Source of the DNA: Camelus ferus
Lineage: Eukaryota
DNA: 64,000 bases
Direction of reading: 5' to 3'
NCBI RefSeq assembly: GCF_009834535.1
Contig: NC_045698.1
Location: 11,534,001 to 11,598,000, forward strand
The notes beneath the pieces were generated by a model that saw nothing but the letters and a program-made list of their open reading frames with translations, did no database searches and was not told the origin of the DNA. Position numbers and translations under genes: made by a program. Positions 1-12,870 of this stretch are shown one piece after another. Each line of letters opens with the position of its first letter. Position 1 is the first letter of the stretch.

Positions 1-3000
1 AAGCTCTAAGTTGTTGCTCAGGGGTTGACCATCAACATCATCCAGCTGTCAAAGGATGGCTTTGAAAGATCATTAAAAAATAAAATTAAGAAAAACTGAC
101 TTAAATGTTTCCAAATCTGATCATTTCTATATTGAATATTTCTCCATGCAGCCACTCAGCTACTGAATTTTACACTGATGAGATCAGCATGTCTAAATTC
201 TATCCTGGCCAATGTGATGATCAACATATGATGGAAACTGGATATTCCCATCATTCTTCACTAACAGTGAATTCTCAAGAAGTGACAATCATTTCTTCTG
301 AAGGAGCAGACGGTACTCAGCTTCCCTCAACTCCTTTAACAAAAGTTTATTGACAAGGTACTATGATGAGTTCCAGGTGAATAAGATACAATATCCTTCC
401 CCTAAAAGAACTCAGATTGAATAATTATAACAACATGCAATGAGTTGGAAGGTCAAGAAGGGGATATAAAAAAGAATGTGGCAACATTCTTTCATTCATG
501 CATCAAATAATTATTTTTTAAGAACTTAGTATATGCCAGGCACTGTACTGGCACTGAGAGTCTTGCCCTGATGGAGTTTACCAAAGAATCGTTTTCTTCA
601 TTAATATGGAGAGAGGAATAAAGCTTAGGGACTTCGTTCAGGGAGAAGATCTTTGAGCTGGATTTTATAACTCAGACAAGGTGAACTTCACAAGCCATGA
701 TGCACTTGAACCTACGAAACAGCATACATGGAGCCCACTCGGGGACAAAATATTTGATCAGGTTGATGAAGCAATTTCTCTCTACCATAGATTAAGATTA
801 TCATAATATTAACTACACTAACCATAGGTTAACATTGTCATTGTCTTGAGTTAGTCATATGGAAATAGAAAGTTCTCTTTTGTTCTAATGTCGCCCCATA
901 GGTTAATTCCTACATACGCATACACACTCTTTCTCACACACACATACACACACACAACATAATTTATAAAAAAAAAAAAAAAAAGGAAATATTTCCCAAA
1001 AATAACCCTGAAACATAATTTATTGGACAATCTCTAAGAAACATCAAAGCCGTCTGACTGTCCTCCCAAACAGTATATGCAACAACAAACGGTCCAAACA
1101 CAGCCATATGCCAGCAAAGCGGCCATCATGACTTCTCCATTATTTAGCTCAGGGAGAGGGAGATAGCAGGTCCCTCCAGCAGTAATCCTTGGATCCTGCA
1201 GCAAAGATGGGTGCTCTTTGGTACCATTCTAATCATTAGGCACTTATGATGGGAACGGTCAAAATAACAAGTTTCTCAATGTACCATGACCTTTTATTAA
1301 AAACTTGTCTGTGTCAGTAATCTACAGAATACTGGATGGTCCAAGAAAGATTGATTGAGTAGCCATTAAAATTGTTGAGAAATGGATTTTACTTGTAAGT
1401 GCACTGAGGACGGGTTCTTTGAAACCTCAAATTTTATCAGGGTTGTGAATATGAAGTTATCTGCCCACAGTAACAATTAACTAAACAATGAAATCCATTA
1501 GAACGTGGAAGAGTGATAGGAACGCTTTTAATTCCTGATTCAGTGCAGTCAGAGGCAATAATCCTCCCGGTTTTTCAGAGCCCCCAAAGGTCTCCCAAAG
1601 TCTGAGTAGGCTTATTACGCCCATTTCCAGATGGACATGCAAAAGATAGAAGGAACGATTTCTAACGACAAAGATTAACCAGTAACTGGTGGTCCCTTTT
1701 TCTCTAATCTTCTACCAACCACTAATGAACACACAGTCACCTTCTATAAATAAAACTTTAAAAAAAAAAAGTCCAACTTTTACATCCTGAATGTATTCTT
1801 CACGGATGTTTATATTTAGAATTTAAACAAATGTATCATGGTCTTTCTCTTTTATGAGAAAGCAGATAAAGGAACAAAACTGTCCCAACTGATAAATGGC
1901 CTCCTTCATTTTATCTCAAAGCCTTTCTTTTGGAGATGGAGACCAAAACAGATACGATTACCTTTGTGTAATTTTACAGTTTTCATACTTTCCAGTACAA
2001 ACTACACAAAGGCATTGAGTTTCAAACTGCAATTCCTCATTTTGCAATCCCACCCCCTAACAATGGAGAAACGTGAGAAATGTTAGGGTTTTTTTTCCTG
2101 CTCCTTTACCACTTAGTAAATCCCGTGAAGCGATCATTTTGCTGAACAGATCCTTGTCTTAGTAAAAGATGCGGGGAGGCAGAATTCCGACCATTTCTCT
2201 TGGTCTCATTAAAACCACACAGGCTGATATGGGATGTTGGACATAGTTGATCTAAATGAATGACGTCTGTGAAGCACAGGCTTTCCATGAGCTGGTTGGG
2301 CTATGAGACTCCAGCTGGGTCTCCTCTCTGTTCATAATTTTAAAACACTCAAAGAATAATGACCATGGACAGGCTGGAAGTTTGGAGACCAAGAGGCTGT
2401 GGATTTAAAGAAAAAAGAGAGGAAAAAAACCCTTCAAATAATGACCTCTCACTCATATAATGAAAACCAGTCTCCTCCGGATTTCCAAGCTGGCATTAAT
2501 TCGCTGGTACCCTCACCTTGGAGCTCTCATGTGTGCAATGTTTCTTTTAAAAACAGCGCACACAGGAAAGCGACGGGAAACACAACCACTGCCACGAGAG
2601 GTCATTAGTCTCCGTGTAAAACTTGTGCATAATCCCACGTGCAGGGGGCAAGATAACCTTGAAGGTGATCCCATGCTGCGGTGTAAGGACTCTTTTCTTT
2701 TTCCAAGAAGAAAAGTCTCATGTTCTCAGGTGCTGAGGGTCTCTCTTTCTTTAACCTCCCTCACCCTAAATTCGTTGGCTTTGTGGCTTCAGGGCTCCAG
2801 TGTCTAATTCTTCACAGCCAATAGCTTGCTCTGGCCACGGAGCAAAGTGACCTTTCTTATCTGATGTTCTGATCAATGCCAAGTATTGCATCAGCAGCTC
2901 CACAGCGAAGTTCCCCTCCAGGGCTTGGGAACCCAATGTTCAACGTTAGGGGTTAGCTGGAATCCAAGAAAGGCTTTGGGAATATTTGGCTGAACGTCTC

Positions 3001-3244
3001 TTTTGGCTGAAACTAAAAACCACTTAGCTAATGCAACTTTTAGAACTTTTTCAAAGATTACTATTTCTTAATTCGAGTGAGAAGTTTTATGTACTTCTCT
3101 CCTTTTGTTTTGTACCGCCCGTTGAGTTCTCTGTGGCAAAGAATGAAATACCAATTCAGGCTTGAGTCTTGTATTTTATTATTATTATTTCATAATTTTT
3201 TTTTGGTTGCCTTAGGTGCATTTGGCCACTCTTGTATTGCACGC

Positions 3245-3703
3245 TGTCGACTGAAAAAAATGCACAACCTAAAAGTTGAGAATTGTGTTTTATTCAACGG
3301 ACTCACTGAGGACTTAAGCCTGGGAGTCAGTCTCTCAGATAGCTCTAAGGGACTATTCCAGAGAGGTAAGGGAGGAGCCAGGATACATAGCAGTTTTTGC
3401 AAACAACAGCAACAAAAACAGGTAGTGGAAACATCAAAAGATTACTGTTAATTAAAAAACAGACATATGACATCTCAAGTTAATGAATTTAGCACTTTTC
3501 AATATATGGGAGGATGCAAGAGTCTGAGCTCATTAAAATCATTCCTCTGATACACATCTTAATTATCTAGGACCATATCCAGTTTTCTTTCTCCATCCTG
3601 GGTCCCCTCAGCGTATGCGGTCAAATGACTGCAATGGTTGATGGCTTGATGGCCACAACACCCTTTGTTTACTGATTTGGCAGGTGACATTTTTCCATCC
3701 ACA
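3245..3703 (-). mobile_element. ERV1-class solo LTR (cetartiodactyl-type family), copy 1
   Basis: Reverse complement starts TGTGGATGGAAAAATG and ends ...AATAAAACACAATTCTCAACTTTTAGGTTGTGCATTTTTTTCAGTCGACA (TG...CA termini, polyA signal). Colinear with the copies at 19596 and 21870. Confidence 0.85.
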
Positions 3704-6700
3704 GCACCATTTTCAGAAGACTTCCCTGGTGATTTCAGAACGGTCAATGGTGATTTCAAAGAACTTGTCAGACAACATTGCTAAGTGTGGCTAACTCAAT
3801 GTCCAGCAGAAAACATTATTGCCAGAATGCTGGAGTAATTTGTCAGGGACACTGAACATTTTGGAGATGATCCTGGAAATGTAACAAGCCTGGAAGACCA
3901 CAGAAGTATTCCACTCTATTCCTCAAAAGTGAATTCCAAACTGTATGCAGAGACTTAATAACCTCACAGTTATAAACTATAAGTTTAACAAATTTGGAGG
4001 GTTTGGGCTTTTTTTGTTCATTTTTGTCTTGTTTTGGGGGGTTTGTTTGTGGTTTTGGTGTGTTTGGGGGATTTTTGGTGTGTTTTATTTTGTTTTGTTT
4101 TTTTGCCAAACCTAAACCTTCCTGATCTATTTGTAAATGTTCACCCATCACTCATATAAGTTCCAACTCATTTCCCTGGATGGTCCTGCTTGTCTAGTGT
4201 TTACCATGATAAATTTTTCTCCTGTTAAGATCCAGGGCCCCTCGTGTAAATGATCAGTGACTATCAGCAAGCCTCTTGAAATGGTTACAAAACTACAGGT
4301 AAGCCCTTGCTAGATGTAGTTTTAAAGATTTCAAAAAGCCACTGAGAGAAATATGTCAAGGTTCTTTGTGACATTTTGTTTCCAGTAGACTGTCATAGGG
4401 ACAAGGAGTTTGCAGATATCTTGTCTTATTTTTAATAATGTCTCAATATATCCTTTTTATGTGTCCCAGGAATAAACTAGAAATGCAATTAGCTAAATTT
4501 TTAAAACATTACGTTTCATTTTGGAAGTGTTCCAACTTCCGTTGAAAGGATTACAACTAGAAATTTCCCATTTCAATGCACCTTTGTCACAGGAACACCT
4601 GCTGGCCCTACTGCATTATATAAATAAGGAAAAAAAAAAAAAAACCTTTCTTTTCTGTTTGGGTGTAATGGGTGCAATGTACATGGATTACGTGGTAGAA
4701 GAGCCCTGGTCATCACTGACCATATTCCAAGATACCATTAGCATACAGATAAATTTAAGTCTGCTCCAAGTTAGCATCAAGTAGTTAACTTCAGTAGGAT
4801 TTAGGCATATCTGAATACCTAATCCTTCAGAAAACTACTTTTAACCACCATCCTTCTGATTTAGCAGAATCAGAATAAAGAGTAGAAGTGTTTACAGGCC
4901 CTTTTCCCAACCTTCCTAACCTCCCCCCGCTACACTAATCTGAAAGCCGAGAGTCCTGCCAAGAGGCTCAAACCAAACGCAGTTAGCTCATTTATTCTCA
5001 ATTTCTTTATTAACAATTTCCAAATGTCCCTGAATTTACTTTGTTCCAGCATTTGGGATGTCTCTACACTTTGTAAAGTAATTTCTTAATGTCTCCACTA
5101 GCATTTCTCTTAACTTTAGAAGTCAACGGTAGCAGAACTTCAGTATGGGCTTGCACTAAGATAGAGCCTCCTCCACAGACCCCAAAACAGCAAACACAGA
5201 AATATGGACCACCTTGGCCCCTGGCACGGATTACAGCTACAAAGGGAAAAAGTTGCCTTTAAGTTTTCATAACGTGCTCAGATCTGATCAAGTTAATTAA
5301 TGATTAGATTAGGATTTAACAGTCCAGAATTTGCTTCCTGGTTCTGCCACTGATTTCTGCTAATGTCTGGAGGAATCGTTTAATTTCTATATTAGAAGCT
5401 ATGACAACAACAGTGGTTAAGGGTCAAGCTTTTTGGAAGTATCAACATTGTTCATATTTTATATGGTGGGCTGGTTTCCATATAAAAAGATATATAGATG
5501 GATGGATGGATAGCTAGATACATATAGACTTATGTGTATGTTTGGTCAAGGAGTACCCAGCATTGATGCCATCTCATGAAAGTTCCTGGTGTTCCTGAAA
5601 TTCTCATGTGCTCAGTGTTTTATTTAGCTTTATGAAACACATGAGCTTTGAGATCTAGAACAAAACAGCAATGGAGCCACATGTGTCAAAAATATTGAGT
5701 GCTGCGTCTGCCCTCAGTTTTTATCAAAATCACTGTAAATCCTGCCAGTCTGTCCAACTAAAAAGAGTGAAAGAATAGAGATATTCTACTGATGCTGGAA
5801 TAAGGACAAGAAAGATGTCTGACTCAGCCAATAAAACTGAAACGCTGTAGGAGCAAGCCAAGGGGATAAATAACCCATCTGAATTAGGATGCAGACAGGA
5901 CTTCATGGCTGAGATTTTTTTTCTCAGCTCTAGTTACTGGGACCAAAGATGAGGGTATTTACTGATGGCATCCCAAACTCTCCCCTTTGCCAAACACAAT
6001 ATTTTTTTCCAATGTGGTAGTGAAATGTGTCTTTTGTACTGATTTTTAGAATTCCCTAGCCAGGTATTTTTTTCTGGAAAAATATAGCGGGATGAATACC
6101 ATTGATAATCAGAAGTGGCCAGGATTCTAGAGAAAGAATTTCCAAAGAATACAGCTACATTCGTGCATGTGCTGCCTCTTAGTGCCTTCTCTGGGACAGA
6201 ACACTTAGATCTGACTATGGGAAGACATGGTTCAAGGGCGAGTGGAGGACGTGAAATATTCTAAAGATATCAAAGGAATACCTGGTCGTGTAGATCTTAT
6301 GTTGCTACTGTTGCTTTATTTTTTAAGTGGCATATCTGGGTGTGTGGAGGGCACGAGGTGTGTGGAGGAATGGACAGGAAGTGGGGAAGGGGAAAGAGTC
6401 TCACGGCTCCACCTGTGCCGGGTTTTCTATTTGTATCCAGTCCTACTACGCCTTGGTTCCTCAGGAGCTGGGAAGTTGAAACTGTTCCGAACATTCAATC
6501 CAGTGCATGCTCTTCCATCAATAGCTTGCCGGAGACATAACAAAAAGCAAACATAATTCCTACCGTCAAGACACCTACCATCTAGTCGGGGAAGACCAAA
6601 ATGCAAATGGCATTCTGACTGAAATCAACAAATATTTCCTGAAAGCTCATTAATGAAGGACCTTGTTTTAGGCACTGGTGACAATGCAGTGAACGAGGCA

Positions 6701-6739
6701 GACAAAAGTCCATGCTCTCGTGAAGTTTATATTCTAAAG

Positions 6740-6947
6740 CCAACCTGTCCAACAGGACTGTCCACAATGATGGAAATGTTCTGTATCTCTGCTGTCCCTT
6801 ATGGCAGCCACTAGCCATGTGTGGCTGCTGAGTACTTGAAAGGTGCTTGTGTGAATGAAGAACTGATTCTAAAGTGTTATTTAATTTTAATTAATTTACC
6901 TTTAAACAGTCATGTGTGGCTAGTGGCTACCGTATTGTAGAAAGTAG
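6740..6947. mobile_element. MER3-like hAT-Charlie MITE, copy 1
   Basis: ctgtccaacagga...gatggaaatgttctgtatct...gcagccactagccatgtgtggct...gtggctagtggctaccgtattg matches recalled MER3 consensus. Confidence 0.8.
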
Positions 6948-6955
6948 TTCTACAG

Positions 6956-7160
6956 CAGCACTACCTAATTTGAATTCCAGCAATAATAAAACATTCTGTA
7001 TCTGTGCTATTTCACAGGGTAGCCACTAGTTACGTGTGGTTTAGTGAGCATCTGAAATGTGGCTGTTGTGACTGAGGAACTGAATATTAAATTTCATTTA
7101 ATTTTCATAAATTTCAACTTAAACGCACGTGGCTAGTGACTGCTGTCTCAGATAGCACAG
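6956..7160. mobile_element. MER3-like hAT-Charlie MITE, copy 2
   Basis: Second diverged copy directly adjacent: gtagccactagttacgtgtgg...gactgaggaactgaat...cacgtggctagtgactgctgtctcagatagcacag. Confidence 0.75.
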
Positions 7161-7168
7161 CTCTAGAA

Positions 7169-7285
7169 ACTCGCTTCTCCAGTATGGTCCATGGTCCTGT
7201 AGCATCAGCAACACTTAGAACTGTTAAAAATTCAGACTCTGCGTGTTAACAGGATCCTCAGATTAAAGTTTTGGAAGCACTTGTC
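7169..7285. mobile_element. MER5-like hAT-Charlie MITE fragment
   Basis: cttctccagtatggtcc...agcatcagcaacac...ttaacaggatcctcag...aaagttttggaagcact. Confidence 0.6.
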
Positions 7286-8464
7286 CACTAGAAGCAGACA
7301 ATGAAATAAAAAATGAAATATGTGTGTGTGTGTGTGTGGATGGATGAGAATGTGTCTATGGACCAAGATGAGAAGGTCTACAGTACAGAATAAAGCAGGG
7401 AAGGGGGATGGGAGAGCTGTGTGGAGAGGTTTCAATTTTCAAAGCACAATCAGAAAAGTCTTTACTGAAAATGTGATGTTGGAGAAAAGACTTGAAAGAG
7501 GTGAGGGGACAGGAAATGCGGGTACCTGCAGGAAGAGCATTCTAGGCAGATGGAACAGCAAATGCAAAGACCCTGAGGCAAGAGCAAAGATGCTGCTGGC
7601 TTGACCCAAGGAGCTGCAAGGAGGTCAGCATGGCTGGGGCAGAGACTCCCCAGGGTATTGAAAGATGGGGTTACAGAGGTAATGGGGACACCTTGTGAGA
7701 GGCTGGTACCACTGCAAGAAATTTGGTGATTTGACTTATATTGTAAAGGGTGCTTTCTGGTTTTGTGTCTAAACAGTGACGGCAGGGCGCAAACAGAGAC
7801 ACTACCTAGGGAGCTCTTGCAACAATCTAAGTGGAAGATGAGGGCAGCTTAGAGCAGGCTGATGGAGGTGGAAGTGTTGAGATGTGATCAGATTTTGGGT
7901 TTGTTTTGAAGATGTCACCAAAAGAATTTGCTTACAAATTGGATGAGACCAGAGAGACAAAGGAATGAAGAAGACTTCAGGCAAGCTGAAACATTCTCTA
8001 GATCTACTGGCTAGGACTACAAAATAGAGTCAGACATTATTTCCTGCATTATCTATATGACAAAATCTTCAAAGCTCTGTCCTGTGCATAAGGGGAAGTC
8101 CATTCATCTATCCACATTGGCAGCTATAGCCAACTATAGCCAACCCTACATCAAACTGCTTTCTTTAATATGAACACTTCATCTTTTGTCAGTCTTTCAT
8201 AAGAGATCATGGGGATTCATCTTGAATCAGGTAGCCTCCCAACCACCCAAACCTCCTTATAGAAATTCTGGAGTCACAACTGTCTGTTAGTTCTCCCATG
8301 GAAATTTCTGGAAAGCAACACAAAGACTATCGGACACCTCCATCTGCCAGCCTCCCTTAAATCTGGCTGGTCCTTGGCTTGGCAGGTCCCCTCTGGCCAT
8401 CTCTTGATTGGTTTTGCTTCCCTGAATTCAGTCCTCGTGAGCCAACAATTATCAAAAACTGTTA

Positions 8465-8755
8465 ATCATTTAGCTTATTCAACCAATGTTTGCTGAGCAC
8501 CAGCAGCGTGCCCAGCACTTTCTTACATACTGAAAACATGACAAGAACGGACAATTCTCTATCCTTGCGAAGTTTACTTTGCTTGAAGAGAGATGAGCAA
8601 TGAACAAAGAGAAACATAATGTAGTATCTTATAGTGACAAGGACCATAAAGAAAACTAAAGTAGATTAGAAGGAGGGTGCATGCCCACGAGATGGGGGCG
8701 CTAGACCGGTGAGGGAAAGCATCACTGAGGAGATGACATGTCAGCAGGAGAGAGA
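8465..8755 (+). mobile_element. L2 fragment
   Basis: attcaaccaatgtttgctgagcaccagcagcgtgcccagcact... and cagggaaagcatcactgaggagatgac-like L2 motifs. Confidence 0.6.
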
Positions 8756-8796
8756 ATGTATTTGCATTGCAGGAATGCAACAATTTGCAGTTGAAT

Positions 8797-9310
8797 GCTG
8801 TTATTAGATTCCTATTACAAATTGCAAATTACCCCCATGTTTGCCAAATTAAAGTAATACACATGTATTATGTCCAGTTTCTATTACAACTGTGTCACAA
8901 GTTCTCGTAGCACTTGAGAGCAGTTTACTGGGTGAGTCTGGCTTGGTGTCTTTGAGGTAAGACGTGAACCCTGGCTGTCGTCATCAGAAGGCTTGACAGG
9001 CTGGACAACCCACTTTCAACCTCACTCAGTGGCTACTGGCAGGAAGCCCACCCACATAAGCCCCTCCATGGGGCTGCTCATGACATGATGGCTGGTTTCC
9101 CCCAGAGGGAGTGATCCAAGGAAGAGTTAAGAGATAGCAAGCAGGAAGCCAATGTGCCTTTAGTGACCTTGTCTTGGAATGACACACCATCACTTCCAAT
9201 GCATCCTGTTAAACACTCTGATCCAGTGGGGGAGGGAAGCACAAAAGCCATGAATTCCAGGATGCAGGGATCACTTGGGGGGCTATCCTGGAGGCTGGCT
9301 ACTTCAAATA
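8797..9310 (-). mobile_element. MaLR (MLT1-type) solo LTR
   Basis: gggctgctcatgacatgatggctggtttccccagag...caccatcacttcc...gggggctatcctggaggctggctact is typical of MLT1 in antisense orientation. Confidence 0.7.
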
Positions 9311-9327
9311 TAGAACATCTTACTCTT

Positions 9328-9775
9328 TTTTAAAAATGTAAATCAAATGTTTTTGATTGAATGTTTTTAATTGAAGTGTGGTCAGTTTACAATGCTGTGT
9401 CTATTTCTGCTGTACAGCATAATGTTTCAGTCATACAAGTGCATACATACAATCCTTTTTCATATTTTTTTCCATTATAGGTTGCTACAAGGCATTGGCT
9501 ATAGTTCCCTGTGCTGTACAGTAGAAATTTGTTGCTCATCTATTTAATATATGGTAGTTAGAACCTGTAAATCGCAAACTCCCAATTTATCCCTTCCCAC
9601 TCCTTTCTCCCCTAGTAACCATAAGTTTGTTTTCTATGTTTGTGAGTCTGTTTCTGTTTTGTAAATAAGTTCATTTCTGTCTTTTTTTTTTAGATTCCAC
9701 AGATAAGGGATATCATATGGTTATTTTTCTTTCTCTTCTCTGGCTTACTTCACTCAGTATGATGATCTCCAGGTC
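9328..9775 (-). mobile_element. 5'-truncated cetartiodactyl L1 3' end
   Basis: T-rich tail, then aattgaagtgtggtcagtttacaatg...ttagattccacagataagggatatcatatgg. Degenerate TSD catcttactctt (9316-9327) / caccttattctt (9776-9787). Confidence 0.85.
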
Positions 9776-9863
9776 CACCTTATTCTTGAGAGCCACTCCA
9801 CTCCTCTTCAGTCTTGTCATTGATCACCCCTTCTGATCCCTTTCTTTCACGAGCCAAGAGATT

Positions 9864-9980
9864 TAAAGAAGGAAGAGAAGTGGGGGAGAGGAGGAGGAGA
9901 AAGAAGAGGAAAATGGAGAGTAAAAAAGGAAGGGGAGGAGGAGGAGAATGGAAGAGGAAAGAAAGAAAATGAAAAGAAAA
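9864..9980 (+). repeat. GA-rich low-complexity tract
   Basis: Almost pure purine run (GAA/GGA). Confidence 0.8.
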
Positions 9981-10911
9981 CGACGTTTGTATTTTCTTTT
10001 GAAAAAGCTTTGTTATTGTCAGCTCCTAAGCCCAGATCGTCTCTAGACACGTTATTGCATGTCTACAGACTCATTAATGGACTTTGCTATAATGTGGTAG
10101 CTTACTCAGTATCTAAAGATTTCTTGCTCCCACTAACAGTCACTCCAAGGAGAAAGGAGTTTTCTAAGGAATTTATTTCCCCAAAGATAGGAATTATGCC
10201 AAATGTTCCCCTTATAACACTAAAGTTAGCTATAAGACAGTTTTCATTATAAATAATTACTTTCATTAAACCTATTTGAAGACATTGTTGTATTTTAGGA
10301 CCCACTATCCCTTATTCAACATCTGACACTCTTAATTCACTCAGGTATCTGCAAAATGTCTCACACCATAAATTTCTCCTTGGGTTTAGTTCCAGGGTAA
10401 AAATTTATTCTTCAGGAAAGCTTGCCTGCTTTCTGTAAGTCCATTAAAATGACATATCTCAGTATATTTCCCTGTCTTCTTTCATTTTCAGGAAATCCAG
10501 AAAATAATTAAGGCCAAACTATAATCTATAGCTCTTTCCAGGTAATTAGTAACCTCTGTTTCTTCCCTCTATGTCATATGATTACTCTTGTCTTTTTTCA
10601 TTATGTTTAAAGTTATATAACACCTCCAGTCCTTTTGCAGTAGACAGGATTTATATTCTAAACAAACAGTAAATTATGACAGCTTCAGCCAAGAGCAACT
10701 GATTTTTGACTCAACCTCCAATGTATAGGTCCATATGTGTAAGATGGTCACTCAATCCCAGTGGCACCACTGAAAATGAAGGACTGTTAGTTGATCTCAC
10801 CAGTATCTTGAGAAAGATGCTATTTTTTATATGTGCTCTTTGTCAAAGATCATGGAGCCAGCAGGAGATGATTCAGATTCGTCCCTTCCCTGAGTCAACT
10901 TGGATACGATT

Positions 10912-11310
10912 TGTTATGTCCTGAATTGTGTCTCTCCCCACTGCAAAATCCATCTGTTGAAGTCCACCCACCTCCCCCACCAGTAACTCAGAGTGTAACT
11001 CTAATTGGTGATAGGGTCTCTACAGAGGTAATTAAGTTAAAATCAGTTCATTCAGTTAAACCCTAATATGACTGGTGTCCTCATAAAATGAGGAGGTCTG
11101 GACATAAACAAGTGCAGAAGGAAGACAATGTGAAGACTTAGGGAGAAGACAGCAATCCACAAACCACAGAGGAAGGCCTCAGAAGAAACAACCCTGTGGA
11201 CATCTTGACCTTGAACTTCGAACCTCCAGAACTGGGAGAAAATAAATTTCTGTTGTTTGAGCCATTCAGTCAATGGTACTTTGTTATGGCAGCTCGAACG
11301 AAATAATACA
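10912..11310 (+). mobile_element. MaLR MLT1B/C-like solo LTR
   Basis: tgttatgtcctgaattgtgtc...cctccagaactgggagaaaataaatttctgttgtttgagcc...aataataca. TG..CA ends; 5-bp TSD-like cgatt/ctatt. Confidence 0.85.
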
Positions 11311-12679
11311 CTATTGTATCCTCCCACAAAGGAGTGAAAACTGAAACCTGAAATATTTTCATAATCAGGGTCCAACCAAAATTGGCCACAGTTTGGTCTG
11401 AAGATATGAAATCATGTAGAGATGGAGTGCAGGGATTAGAATGGCTGAAACCACTCCTACTTGCGGGTGCCGGCTCCATCCCCGGTGAACTTCTGGCGCA
11501 CGGTCAGCCTGGTCTGCAGCTCACTCCTCTGCACTCTGCTGGGGAATGGGCGGGCGGGGTCGAAGGGCTGATTGTGTCCTGTAAGGCCCAATGGTTGTGC
11601 TTCTCCAGGTCTGAAGTACCACAGCTGACTGTGCCCTTTATGGCTCCAACTCATCCGGTGTCATCTTCTCTTCATCTTTGGAAATTGCCTTAAATCCCTG
11701 CATGTGTTAAATGGCTTTTCTAAACCTATAGCCTTATCAAGCCATATGACCTTCTCCTGGGGTCTGAAATACGGGCATCCCAGGTCAATATTCATGTTAA
11801 GGTCTCACTGATACATTCTTCTCGCTTCCCCAGGGAGAGACAGAGGAGCACTTCTTGGTCCAGATGATTTCTGCGGTAGGACAGGTGCTAAAATCATGGC
11901 TGGATAACGTTCCCAGCATCCAATTTGATCTTATGATCAAGTAAAGGGAGGACTGCAGGGGAGGGGTAATGGGTGGAAATTCAGAACCTGGAAGAGTTGT
12001 CTCCCACAGATAAACTAAAAGACACACAGATATTTCCTTTTCTTTCCCACTTCCTTTAAAAAAAAAAAAAAAAGGTAGTATTTATTTTTCAGAAGGGGAT
12101 ATAAATATTTGTGCTTAAAAAAATGGTGTTGCTGGTGATGTTCAGCTTCTATTATCATGTTCAGATTATGGTGCAGACGGAGCTATTTCGAACATTTTCA
12201 TGCTGTTATGCCAATGGTCAACCTTGAAAAATGAGGGCCTATATCCATTTTCTTCTGATCTCTGCTAAATGCATATGGTGATATTTTTCCTCAAGATGTA
12301 AGTTGTAACCATCCATGAAGGATGCAAGCCTTTTGTGAAGAAAATAGAATGTTTTACTATTGACCGAAGCGTGGAGGTACCAGGCATACGTACATCTGAA
12401 GCATTGATGGTGTGTCCCTTTATCAGTGTCAGCTATGATGGTAACAGGACTGATAAGGGTAGTTCATCAGCTACCATTTTTGGCTGGAGAGGCCAGGAAG
12501 TATGAATGGTGGCTATGAAAATGCCATCACTGTAATCATCACTCATCCCTTATACCATGAGGAGCTGCTTCCTGTAACTGCTTCTTCCAAGATTTTATTG
12601 GAGCAAAGCAGCAGTGGCCATAGAGTGTTCACTGCCCTGTCCTGAGATGGCTTGGAGTCATGGAGACACCAATTGTCTT

Positions 12680-12870
12680 AGCATCAAAAGTACCAGCTCT
12701 GTGTTAGCTATATGGCCCTGAGCAGGTTACCTAATCTTTCTTTCCCTAATGGCCTCATTTTTCACTTGTGGGAATTTGGCCCAGAGCTCTTCCCTGGGTT
12801 ATAGGGTAAGACATGACAGATAAAAGTGCTTGGTCAACTTTGAAGCCCTGTAAGAGTGTAAATAATAAGT
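12680..12870 (+). mobile_element. MIR SINE fragment
   Basis: ccagctctgtgttagctatatggccctgagcaggttacctaatctt MIR core-like sequence. Confidence 0.55.

Larger units (their letters stand above)
6630..7985 (+). mobile_element. L2 LINE remnant, interrupted by hAT MITEs at about 6740-7290
   Basis: L2-like motifs (aggcactggtgacaatgcagtgaac...gacaaaagtccatgctctc; ggaagagcattctaggcagatggaacagcaaatgcaaagaccctgaggc) on both sides of the MITE cluster. Confidence 0.75.

Noticed and set aside
214..301. C/D-box snoRNA (GTGATGA...CTGA)
   Set aside because: No terminal stem and no recognisable rRNA/snRNA antisense element; such motifs are expected by chance.
10492..10541. Plus-strand 50-nt exon (ttttcAG...cag/GTAATT)
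   Set aside because: Weak donor, a non-triplet length and a stop in phase 0; likely a pseudo-exon.
12416..12459. Hairpin cctttatcagt / actgataaggg as a pre-miRNA
   Set aside because: Only about 11 bp of stem with a 21-nt loop; too short, and it matches no miRNA I recognise.
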